Of a stretch of 64,000 nt of DNA, positions 31,231 to 43,900 are shown piece after piece; the first letter of the stretch is position 1; the number at the start of each line of letters is the position of its first letter. This stretch comes from Macrostomum lignano (lineage: Eukaryota). The notes beneath the pieces are model-generated. The model saw nothing but the letters and a program-made list of their open reading frames with translations. It was not told the origin of the DNA and ran no database searches. Both the position numbers and the translations under genes were made by a program. The stretch lies in assembly GCA_002269645.1 (NCBI GenBank), contig NIVC01000760.1, forward strand, positions 62,001 through 126,000, given 5' to 3'.

Positions 31231-32004
31231 CAAAAGCAACGCAAACTTCAATTCAATCCACCAAATCCAAGGCCCTCACTTTTGCGGTCACATTCATGAG
31301 AAATGCGTTAATTATTAAGTTTGCTTTTAAAAAATTTCCATCAAAATCAACCTGGCAGGCCATCTAGGCAGCCAGTCCAATTCTTCAAAGAGGTCCCTGT
31401 GCAGAGTCAGTCGGTAGCATCTGCAGCTGTTCATCTCACCCATCAGCCTCCCCTTCCCGGATATTGCGGGTTGACCGTCTCCCACCCATCCCGTTCCTTG
31501 GCGGATGGATTATTACTATTATCACAGCTTAACGACTCTCCGCTGCTCAATTTTCTATAAAGCCTCGAATTTGGGGGGGGGGAAGATTTACCGTAGGGAT
31601 ATTTATCCCCACAGTCGGGGCAGTTCTTGGAATTGAAATTTTTTGTCATTTATAAGCTCGAATTGGCTGGTTAATAATAAAGATAAGGATTTTCAGTCAC
31701 GTGACCAAAACCGGATATTGTCACCTGGCCTGGGTTATATAATTAATTATCCTTCTGGCCATTCCGTTTGACCGCCGCAATTCTGTGTTCGGGGGTGTTG
31801 GCGCGTGAAAATCCTCTTTGTATGAGGCACGTGTCTCCCGGTCCCGTCCCTGCCCCCACTTGTATCTAAACTCAAATTTTAAACCGACACCAGCCAAAAT
31901 GAGCAGTCAATTAAATGTATGAAAATTCCATAATCTCTTTGTTTGAAATTCGAGCTAAATGTAGTGTCACACAATGTCCTTCATCTGGAGGCTCGCAAAT
32001 TCGC

Positions 32005-33400
32005 TAAATCTCCCAGTCTCTCCCACAATTCTCCCAATCTCTCCTCAACTCTCCCAATCTCTCCGCAATTCTCCCAATTATCCCAATCCCCACAATTCCC
32101 CCTAATTCTCCAAATCTCTCCTCAATTCTCACAATCTCTCCGCAATTCTCCCAATCTCTCCGCAATTCTCCTAATCTCTCCGCAATTCTCCCAATCTCTC
32201 CGCAATTCTCCCAATCTCTCCGCAATTTTCGCAATCTCTCCACAATTCTCCCAATCTCCGCGTAATTCCCTCAATATCCCCACAATTCTCCCAATCTCTC
32301 CGCAATTCTCCCAATCTCTCCGCAATTCTCCCAATCTCTCCGCAATTCTCCCAATCTCTCCGCAATTCTCCCAATCTCTCCACAATTCTCCCAATCTCCG
32401 CGTAATTCCCTCAATATCCCCACAATTCTCCCAAACTCTTCGCAATTCTCCCAATCTCCTCAATTCTCCCAATCTCCGCAATTCTCCCAATCTCCGCAAT
32501 TCTCCCAATCTCTCCGCAATTCTCCCAATTTCTCCGCAATTCTCCCAATCTCTCCGCAATTCTCCCAATCTCTCCACAATTCTCCCAATCTCCGCGTAAT
32601 TCCCTCAATATCCCCACAATTCTCCCAAACTCTTCGCAATTCTCCCAATCTCCTCAATTCTCCCAATCTCTCCACAATTCTCCCAATCTCTCCGCAATTC
32701 TCCCAATCTCTCCGCAATTCTCCCAATCTCCGCGTAATTCCCTCAATATCCCCACAATTCTCCCAATCTCTCCGCAATTCTCCCAATCTCTCCGCAATTC
32801 TCCCAATCTCTCCACAATTCTTCCAATCTCCGCGTAATTCCCTCAATATCCCCACAATTCTCCCAATCTCTCCGCAATTCTCCCAATCTCCACAATTCTC
32901 CCAATCTCCACGTAATTCCCTCAATATCGCCACAATTCTCCCAAACTCTTCGCAATTCTCCCAATCTCCTCAATTCTCACAATCTCCGCAATTCTCCCAA
33001 TCTCCGCAATTCTCCCAATCTCCTCAATTCTCCCAATCTCCGCAATTCTCCCAATCTCCGCAATTCTCCCGATCTCCGCAATTCTCCCAATCTCCGCAAT
33101 TCTCCTAATCTCCACAATTCGCCTAATCTCCGCGAGTTCCCCAATCTTTCTGGCAATTCTCCCAATCTCCACAATTCTCCTTAATTTTCAGAATCCCCAT
33201 AATTCTCTCAGTTCTCCTAATCTACTCAATTCTCCTAATCTCCGCAATTCGCCTAATCTCCGCAATTTCCCCAATCTTTTTAGCAATTCTCCCAATCCCT
33301 ACAATTCTCAATTCTCCTGAATTATAAAACTAGCCAATTGCCCAAATCTCCCCAATCTTCCCCATAATCATTATTGACATCTTCCTAATAATTCTACTAA
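32005..33400. repeat. 18/20-bp repeat (CAATTCTCCCAATCTCTCCG)n with recurring longer blocks
   Basis: Recurring CGTAATTCCCTCAATATCCCCA block marks a higher-order structure. Confidence 0.95.
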
Positions 33401-34888
33401 TCTCTTAAATATTCCGAGTCTTTCCGATTCTCAATATTTTCAATAAGCTAATCTCCCCGATATTGCTAATCTGCCAAATTCACTCCCCCAAAATCTGCAG
33501 ATAACTCTGAGACGAAAGCAAGCAAGCCAAATAAATAAGCGGAGCCAAAATGCGTTTTTCTTCCAAAAGAATAAAATTCGAAACAAAGACCAAAAACGCG
33601 CACACACTACGGTGACGAATATACTTTATGGGCAGCTTATAAAAACCATATTTTTCATATAGAAGAACAGAAAAACAGGAAACAGAAACAGGAAAATATG
33701 AGCGCCAATAAACTAATAGAATTTTCCACAACAATTATAATTAATTGACAGAAAATTAAAACATGCGTCACAATATTATAAAATTAGAAACACGAAACAG
33801 ATTGGTTGGTTAGACCAAAAATTGGCTGAATGGTGATTTTTGCTAAAAAAATATAAAAACATTGAACTACTTGATTGGTATGGCAATAAGGACAGGGTTT
33901 ATAAAAAAATAGTGTGACGTTGTCAGTTTAAGGTGGTCCCGAAAAGGGCCGTTGGACTGCTGTTCTCCATAGTCATTCAACCCTTCAGTTTCACCGTTTC
34001 AACTAAACTTTTCCATTCGTTTATTGCGACGTTTACTTGCAGTAATGCCCAACGATTTTGTGGCAATTTCTAACTCACTGTATATTTTGCTACCCTCTCT
34101 CGCGACCGTATAAAATTGGCACGATCGATAATTTTAAGTTCTCTCGCCAGCCAATGAAATCAGTCGTGCTCGCGCTACCCCCCTCTGCGCTCTTTTATTA
34201 AACCCCCCCCGCCTGGCGGCGGGCACCCCTCACGCTTTTCGTCTCTCCTGTCCCGTTTCTTCTCTCCTTCCCTGGCTGTCTCATCTGTTTGTCTGGCTGC
34301 CTAGAGCCTCCCTATTTCTCGCCACGGCCCCTCTGTCTGGGCCAGTCTGCTCACACACTTACTTGACTGTCTCACGCCACGGCCGACGCCAAACTCGCCA
34401 CTACGTTTCACTGCCTTCACTGTGCTCATAGCCACTGCTCACGTCACGTCGCCATTACATCACTCGTCTGTCGCTTGAACACTCATCCGATTTATCTTGA
34501 AAGAAACCATTGTTGCAGCCGCCAGTGCCCAGGAAACCATAGTTTGTTATTTGCCAGTAACAACCAACTTACTATTTATATTGATAATAAAAACGACTAC
34601 GGCAGTTTCCTGCCCTTATTGCCAAGTGCTCCGCTACACCATCCACTGCGCCTGAGTTGACTCCAACTTATTTTTGGGACTAAAACGGCCCTTTTAAGGG
34701 TCACGGCCAACATCAATTAACGTGACAATAGTTGAAACAGATTTACCTGTTGTTTCTGTTTAATTAAACAAACGCACAACAAATGCAGCAACTGCGAATG
34801 CAAAAAGTTGATAAAATATGATGACGCAATTGTCGAGAGAGAAAATGCTTAGAATTTCAAACATTGGCACGCAAACTGCGCGCTAAGC

Positions 34889-34894
34889 TTTTAT
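34889..34894 (-). terminator. Candidate poly(A) signal AATAAA for REC8
   Basis: TTTATT on the + strand about 30 nt past the TGA at 34921. Confidence 0.35.
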
Positions 34895-34920
34895 TATTGG
34901 TCGATGTTTTTCAAACCATG

Positions 34921-37900
34921 TCAGTCTTCGATGGCTTTAACAAAAATTTCAGAGTAAGGCTGCTTCTGACGCAGATGAACTCGACGCTGTTTGGCCAACT
35001 CTGTGCGCAAAACAATAAGTAAAACTGTTTGTGCCTTGATTTGCTACAAATGCTGACTTAAGTAGACATGCAAGGAAAAAGTTTACAAAACAGAGAGACT
35101 GGGTGAAAGGGGAGACTCGGATAATTAAGGAGATTGGGAAGAATAAGAGAATGGGAAGATTAGGAGAATGGGAAGATTGGGAGAATGGGAAGATTGGGAG
35201 AATGGGAAGATTAGGAGAATGGGAAGATTGGGAGAATGGGAAGAATAGGAGAATGGGAAGATTGGGAGAATGGGAAGAATAAGAGAATGGGAAGAATAGG
35301 AGAATGGGAAGATTGGGAGAATGGGAAGATTGGGAGAATGGGAAGAATAGGAGAATGGGAAGAATAGGAGAATGGGAAGATTGGGAGAATGGGAAGAATA
35401 GGAGAATGGGAAGAATAGGAGAATGGGAAGAATAGGGAGAATGGAAAGAATAGGAGAATGGGAGGACTGGGAGAATGAGAAGATTGGAAGAATGGGAAGA
35501 TTGGAAGAATGGGAGGATTAGAAGAATTGGAAGAATAGGAGAATGGGAAGATTGGGAGAATTGAGGGATAGAGAGAATCGAGGAGATGGGGATAATGGGG
35601 AGTTTAGGAGAATTGAGAATTGGGAGATCTGGAAGTTTGAGACGGTGAGACTTTAAGAGGAAAAATGAATAAATCAGAAATGAATAAAACAAGTCTCACC
35701 AAGCAGGCCGGCAAAAGCTCTGGCAGCCTCTTTCTTTGTAGCGCCATTGGGCGGGCACAGCGACGCGAACGGCCGATAGTCGTCGCCAATCTCGCTGCCG
35801 CTGTCAGCCTGTTGCTGTTGAGACCGGCGAATTCCCTCCATCAACAGCTCCTGGTCTTGCGAAAGCGGTGGTCTGCAATCGAATTAAGTACATGCTGCAC
35901 TTTGCCAAAGTTAAAGAATTAATTAATAAACTGCTTTGCTGTTTTAAATACTCAAATAGCCGCCCTCAGACCCGGGTGTTACAAAAAACAGTCCAGGCTT
36001 GTTAAAAATTTCACCCCATCTGATCTCAAGCCAATCTTCGATTATTAATTAACCGTAGATTGACGAAATCATAACTAATTGGGACGCACTCCGATATCAT
36101 CAGTGGGCGGATGTTATTAAAAAAACGCCATTTTTTACCGATAGGTCAATCCAATCTACAGATTAGTCAATCCAATCTACAGATTGGTCAAACCAGTCTA
36201 CAGATTGGTCAATCCAATCTACAGATTAGTCAATCCAGTCTACCGATTGGTCAATCCAATCTACAGATTGGTCAAACCAGTCTACACATTGGTCAATCTA
36301 ATCTACAGATTTGTCAATCTAATCTACAGATCGGTCGATACAATCTAAATATTGGCCTAAAAATGACGAACCTTTCGGCTACAAACGAAGCGAAAACCTC
36401 TTCCGGCGGTGGTGGCGGCTGCAGAAAAAAATCTTCAAAAGCAGGCGGCGCCGGCTGCTGAGCGGGTGGCGTCATCATTGGAGGCTCTGGCTGCTGCTGC
36501 TGCTGAGGCTCCGGTTCCGGCGGCTGCTGCTGCGGCTGCTCAGCTTCCGGTGGCACGGCTTCCGACTGGATAACGGTGGGCACCTGGACGCGTTCCTCGC
36601 TAATTCGGGGCAGATTCTGACCGGACTGCATGGATATTGTGGACATGTTGAGGCCCGAGAGCCGGGCACTGGGTCGGCCGCCAGCGGACAGTCGGGGCAG
36701 CTCATAATCAAGCAGTTCCTAGTATAGGGAATAGTTGAATGAAAGCTTGAGAATGTATAGGCTAATTATAACCTCGACCGAGATGTCAACGTAACTTTCA
36801 ATTAGACTCAGAACTTGCTCATTAGATCCCAGATTCCAATATCCCACTCCCACAAACCCAAAATCTTTCACTCAATCCCCAATATCCCAACTCAAATATC
36901 CCTAACATCCCAATTCACATATCCCTAACATCCCAATTCACATATCCCCAACATCCCAACTAAAAAATCACCAAGATAACAACTCAAATATCCCCAATAT
37001 CCCAACTCACAGATCCCCAATATCCCAACTAAAAAATCCCCAATATCCCAGCTCAAAGATCCCCAATATCCCAACTCAGATCTCCAATATCCCAACTTAA
37101 ATATCCCCAATATCCCAACTTAAATATCCCCAATATCCCAACTTGATTATCCCCAATATCCCAACTCAAATATCCCCAATATCCCAACTCAAATATCCCC
37201 AATATCCCAACTCAAATATCCCCAATATCCCAACTCAAATATCCCTAACATCCCAATTCAAATATCCCTAACATCCCAACTCAAAAATCACCAAGATAAC
37301 AACTCAAATATCCCCAATATCCCAACTCAGATCTCCAATATCCCAACTCAAAGATCCCCAATATCCCAACTAAAAAATCCCCAATATCCTAACTCAAACT
37401 TGAATATCCCCAATATCCCAACTCAAATATCCCCAATATAACAACTTGAATATCCCCAATATCCCAACTCAAATATCCCCAATATCCCAACTTGAATATC
37501 CCCAATATCCCAACTCAAATATCCCCAATATCCCAACTTGAATATCCCCAATATCCCAACTCAAATATCCCCAATATCCCAACTCAAATATCCCCAATAT
37601 CCCAACTCAAATATCCCCAATATCCCAACTCAAAGATCCTCAATATCCTATGCCCAGATCCCAACAGCTGCGGCACTCACAGGCGGCACATAGTGAGCAC
37701 TCTCCTCTCGTTTATGCTCCCAGACTCGAAGCAGTTTATCGCTCATTGGTTGCCGACTAGGCCGCAGCAGCAAGCCGGCCGCATCAACAGTAGACAAAGC
37801 CAGAGCTCTCGGACCTTTAGTTGGCGGCGGCAGAGTCAACGGTTTCATCAGCTCGTCGCCGTGATCCATATTCCAGCGCAGCCGGCGGCTATTGTACTCG

Positions 37901-40900
37901 GTTAGGCCGTCAACAATTAGTAGGCGAGGTTTGGCGTGACGAGGCTGATGAGGCTGCGGCTGCTGCTGCTGCTGTTGCTGTCTGCGAGGCTGCAGCGGCT
38001 GCATTTCAAATTGCAGCACCGGAAAAGCTGGCGGCGGTGGTGGTGGCGGCGGCGGCGAAGTGCGCGGCGGCTGCTGGTCAGCTGGAGGCTGCATCGGTGG
38101 CGGCGACTGGCGATCGGCGGCGCTGGAGTGAGAGGAGACAATTTTCTCATTCAGAGATTCAGTGAAATCTCACCCGGAAATTCAGTAGAATCTCACCCAG
38201 AGATTCAGTAGAAACGACACCCAGAGATTCAGTAGAATCTCACTCAGAGATTCAGTAGAATCTCATCCGGAAATTCAGTAGAATCTCACCCAGAGATTCA
38301 GTAGAATCTCACTCAGAGATTCAGTAGAATCTCATCCGGAAATTCAGTAGAATCTCACCCAGAGATTCAGTAGAATCTCACCCAGAGATTCAGTAGAATC
38401 TCACCCAGAGATTCAGTAGAATCTCACCCAGAGATTCAGTAGAATCTCACCCAGAGATTCAGTAGAATCTCACCCAGAGATTCAGTAGAATCTCACCCAG
38501 AGATTCAGTAGAATCTCACCCAGAGATTCAGTAGAATCTCACCCAGAGATTCAGTAGAATCTCACCCAGAGATTCAGTAGAATCTCACCCAGAGATTCAG
38601 TAGAATCTCACCCAGAGATTTAGTAGAATCTCACCCAGAGATTCAGTAGAATCTCACCCAGAGATTCAGTAGAATCTCACCCAGAGATTTAGTAGAATCT
38701 CACCCAGAGATTCAGTAGAATCTCACCCAGAGATTCAGTAGAATCTCACCCAGAGATTTAGTAGAATCTCACCCAGAGATTCAGTAGACACGACACACAA
38801 CAGTTACAGACGAGACACTCACGACACAATAGACACTCCCCCGGGCAGTCCAGCGGCCTGTGGCAATTCCGCCGTAACATCTCTGGGCAATTCAACTTCC
38901 ATAGCCGTGGAAGTTGCGGCAGTAGTAGCAGGTGGCGTAGCCGGCAGTTCAACCTGGGGCTGGTCACCAGCCGCTGGTTCCGGCTGCTGCTGCTGCTGCT
39001 CTTCCATTGCTGGCAGATCTTCTTCCGCTTTTCGTTTGCCCCGACGAGTAACTCGTTCGGGCAGCTGCTCCAGCTCCGGCTGCTGCTCCCGCTGTTGCAG
39101 CATCTCTTCTTCATCGCGTTGCTGCTGCTGCTGCTCTTGCTGCTCTTGCTGTTGCTGCTGTTCGCACAGCAATCGTTCGAAATCACCGGCCGGAAACAGC
39201 AGACGTTCGCCAGCCTTCAATCGATCGAACATGGCGCTCAGATCCAGCGGGGGAATGTCCGCTTCCGGTAGCGAGGGCAGCTCCTCTTCCGGCGGCTGCT
39301 GCTGTAGGTTTATTGGGAAAGGCGATTTCTCTCTGGTAGGTTTATTGGGAAAGGCGATTTCTCTCTGGTAGGTTTATTGGGACAGGCGATTTCTCTCTGG
39401 TAGGTTTATTGGGAAAGGCGATTTCTCTCTGGTAGGTTTATTGGGACAGGCGATTTCTCTCTGGTAGGTTTATTGGGAAAGGGGATTTCTCTCTAGTAGG
39501 TATATTGGGAAAGGCGATTTCTCTCTGGTAGGTTTATTGGGACAGGCGATTTCTCTCTGGTAGATGTATTGGGACAGGCGATTTCTCTCTGGTAGGTATA
39601 TTGGGACAGGCGATTTCTCTCTGGTAGATTTATTGGGAAAGGCGATTTCTCTCTGGTAGGTTTATTGGGAAAGGCGATTTCTCTCTGGTAGGTTTATTGG
39701 GACAGGCGATTTCTCTCTGGTAGGTTTATTGGGACAGGAGATTTCTCTCTGGTAGATTTATTGGGACAGGCGATTTCTCTCTGGTAGGTTTATTGGGACA
39801 GGCGATTTCTCTCTGGTAGGTTTATTGGGACAGGCGATTTCTCTCTGGTAGGTTTATTGGGACAGGCGATTTCTCTCTGGTAGATGTATTGGGACAGGCG
39901 ATTTCTCTCTGGTAGGTTTATTGAGAAAGGGGATTTCTCTCTAGTAGGTATATTGGGAAAGGCGATTTCTCTCTCGTAGGATTATTGGGAAAGGCGATTT
40001 CTCTCTGGTAGGTATATTGGGACAGGCGATTTCTCTCTGGTATGTTTATTGGGAAAGGCGATTTCTCTCTGGTGATTAAAAGTGAATTGATTAAAGCTTA
40101 AAAATTTGGCTAACTCTTGTAAAACCAAACTTTTTCTTTACCTCACCGCCTGCGCCATCGCGTCGCCTCTGACGTGACACCCGCGGCGTCAGAGTGGTGT
40201 GAATTTCGGCGCTGGTTCTGCCCCCAAAGTCTTTGGAGGGAGAAATGCCAGAAACGGCGCCACTGCCTGCGGCCGAGTCGGCGCCAATTAGAATTGACTG
40301 GCTGGCCGAGGGCTCCAGAGCGAAGCTCGTGTCCAAGATTGTGATGTCCTCCTGGCGGGCCGTGAACCTGGGGTGGTGACAGGTGGCGGCTACTGAGGAT
40401 CTGTGAAGCGGGCTGAGAATCTGGGAGGCTGGCAGAGGTTCTGAGGATCAGGGAGGCTGGCCCAGAAACTGAGGATCTGGGAGGCTGGCCCAGCAACTGA
40501 GGATCTGGGAGGCTGGCCCAGCAACTGAGGATCTGGGAGGCTGGCCCAGCAACTGAGGATCCGGGAGGCTGGCCCAGCAACTGAGGATCTGGGAGGCTGG
40601 CCCAGCAACTGACACTCTGGGAGGCTGGCCCAGCAACTGAGGATCTGGGAGGCTGGCCCAGCAACTGAGGATCTGGGAGGCTGGCCCAGCAACTGAGGAT
40701 CTGGGAGGCTGGCCCAGCAACTGAGGATCCGGGAGGCTGGCCCAGAAACTGAGGATCTGGGAGGCTGGCCCAGCAACTGAGGATCTGGGAGGCTGGCCCA
40801 GCAACTGAGGATCTGGGAGGCTGGCCTAGCAACTGAAGATCTGGGAGGCTGGCCCAGCAACTGAGGATCTGGGAGGCTGGCCCAGCAACTGAAGATCTGG

Positions 40901-43900
40901 GAGGCTGGCCCAGCAACTGAGGATCTGGGAGGCTGGCCCAGCAACTGAAGATCTGGGAGGCTGGCCCAGCAACTGAGGATCTGGGAGGCTGGCCCAGCAA
41001 CTGAAGATCTGGGAGGCTGGCCCAGCAACTGAGGATCTGGGAGGCTGGCCCAGCATCTGAGGATCTGGGAGGCTGGCTCAGCAACTGAGGATCTGGGAGG
41101 CTGGCCCAGCAACTGAGGATCCGGGAGGCTGGTCCAGCAACTGAGGATCTGGGAGGCTGGCCCAGCAACTGAGGATCTGGGAGGCTGGTCCAGCAACTGA
41201 GGATCTGGGAGGCTGGCCCAGCAACTGAGGATCTGGGAGGCTGGCCCAGCAACTGAGGATCCGGGAGGCTGGCCCAGCAACTGAGGATCTGGGAGGCTGG
41301 TCCAGCAACTGAGGATCTGGGAGGCTGGTCCAGCAACTGAGGATCTGGGAGGCTGGCCCAGCAACTGAGGATCTGGGAGGCTGGCCCAGCAACTGAGGAT
41401 CTGGGAGGCTGGCCCAGCAACTGAGGATCCGGGAGGCTGGCCCAGCAACTGAGGATCCGGGAGGCTGGCCCAGCAACTGAGGATCCGGGAGGCTGGCCCA
41501 GCAACTGAGGATCCGGGAGGCTGGCCCAGCAACTGAGGATCCGGGAGGCTGGCCCAGAAACTGAGGATCTGGGAGGCTGGCCCAGAAACTGAGGATCTGG
41601 GAGGCTGGCCCAGCAACTGAGGATCTGGGAGGCTGGCCCAGCAACTGAGGATCTGGGAGGCTGGCCCAGCAACTGAGGATCTGGGAGGCTGGCCCAGCAA
41701 CTGAGGATCCGGGAGGCTGGCCCAGAAACTGAGGATCTGGGAGGCTGGCCCAGCAACTGAGGATCTGGGAGGCTGGCCCAGCAACTGAGGATCTGGGAGG
41801 CTGGCCCAGCAACTGAGGATCTGGGAGGCTGGCCCAGATACTGAGGATCTGGGAGGCTGGCCCAGCAACTGAGGATCTGGGAGGCTGGCCCAGCAACTGA
41901 GGATCTGGGAGGCTGGCCCAGCAACTGAGGATCTGGGAGGCTGGCCCAGCAACTGAGGATCCGGGAGGCTGGCCCAGCAACTGAGGATCTGGGAGGCTGG
42001 CCCAGCAACTGAGGATCCGGGAGGCACATCAAACGCATTTCCATGAAACAGCAGAAACCAGCTGACCTAGCAAAGGAGGAGGACTCAGCCCGGCCGGCAC
42101 GGTTGCCCCCGCCGCCGCGGCGCAGCTCGGAGAACTCCAGATCTTCCGGCAGGCTGAGTCGCATCAGCTCCATTGGTGGCTGTTCGTCGGCGCCGGTGAA
42201 ATCGGCGGCAGAAAACGACTGCAACTGTTGGAGTTGGCGAAGGTCGACCCCGGCAGCGTCGGCAACCAGGGAGATGTCCAATTCGTATTGCTGATTATGG
42301 GCGGCCGAGCTAGCCTTGCCAGTTGGTCTGCATTTTTTTAGATTTAAAATAATATCATCTTGTGGAAGGGCTGAGCACATGTACATTGGAGTAGGGGGAG
42401 GCACATGTACATTGAAGTAGGGGGAGGGCACATGTACATTGGGGTAGGAGGGCACATGTACATTGAAGTAGGGGGGCTCATGTACATTGAAGTAGGGGGG
42501 GCACATGTACATTGAAGTAGGGGGGGGGCACATGTACATTGAAGTAGGGGGGCAAATGTACATTAAAGTAGGGGGGAGGGCACATGTACATTGGGGTAGG
42601 AGGGCACATGTACATTGGGGTAGGAGGGCACATGTACATTGGGGTAGGAGGGCACATGTACATTGGGGTAGGAGGGCACATGTACATTGGGGTAGGAGGG
42701 CACATGTACATTGGGGTAGGAGGGCACATGTACATTGGGGTAGGAGGGCACATGTACATTAAAGTAGAAGGTGAAAGAATCGTAGGACAGACCAATATGT
42801 ACATTAGGGTAAGGAGCCGATGGGCTAGACAAAAGTACGAAGGGCTAGGCAGGAGTGGAAGGGCTGGGCACATGTACATTGGGGTAAGGAGTGGAAGGGC
42901 TGGGCACATGTACATTGGGGTAAGGAGTTGAAGGGCTGGGCACATGTACATTGGGGTAGGAATGGAGTCTTCCCACATAACTTAAATGCTAATTTGCGTT
43001 ATTTTCATGTTTATGATGAACAAAATATTATTAAACCAATCACCAATAAATAAAAACAAATAAACCGAGCAAATACACTATCTTGTGTTTCGCGAACAAA
43101 GTTAGCAAAAGGTGCTATTATTTATAACTAAAAAAACTTTACAATGTATACTCTTTACATTCGTTGAACTAAATTGCAAAATAACAAATAAAAATTTTGA
43201 ACAGAACTTAAACATCTTAACAGAGAAGCGAACAAGCAAACCTTTTAACGTCTGGTCGCCAAGAGCGACAGCAGCGTCTGTAGAACTCGGCTGTTTCCTC
43301 TATAGAGGATTATTTAATAGTATTAAAAAAGGAAATTAAAAATAGTCAATGGAGCGAAAAGCGAATTCTTGTTTAGGGTAATTTAATTTAGTACATTGCA
43401 GATATGTACTATTTGGAGCATGTACATTTTTTTATACGAGCGCACTATTATGTCAGTTTAGATTGTAGGCATGTACCATTGGGTGAGTGTACATTGTAGG
43501 TATGTACCATTGGGTGAGTGTACATTGTAGGTATGTACCATTGGGTGAGTGTACATTGTAGGTATGTACTATTGGGTGAGTGTACATTGTAGGTATGTAC
43601 TATTGGGTGAGTGTACATTGTAGGTACATGTATGTACCATTGGGTGAGTGTACATTGTAGGTATGTACTATTGGGTGAGTGTACATTGTAGGTATGTACC
43701 ATTGGGTGAGTGTACATTGTAGGTATGTACTATTGGGTGAGTGTACATTGTAGGTATGTACTATTGGGTGAGTGTAAATTGTAGGTATGTACTATTGGGT
43801 GAGTGTACATTGTAGGTATGTACTATTGGGTGAGTGTACATTGTAGGTATGTACTATTGGGTGAGTGTACATTGTAGGTATGTACTATTGGGTGAGTGTA

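Noticed and set aside
40143-42563. 806-aa ORF and overlapping ORFs
   Set aside because: Only 42370-42067 is a real REC8 exon in this frame; the rest is stop-free 28-mer and 24-mer intron repeat.
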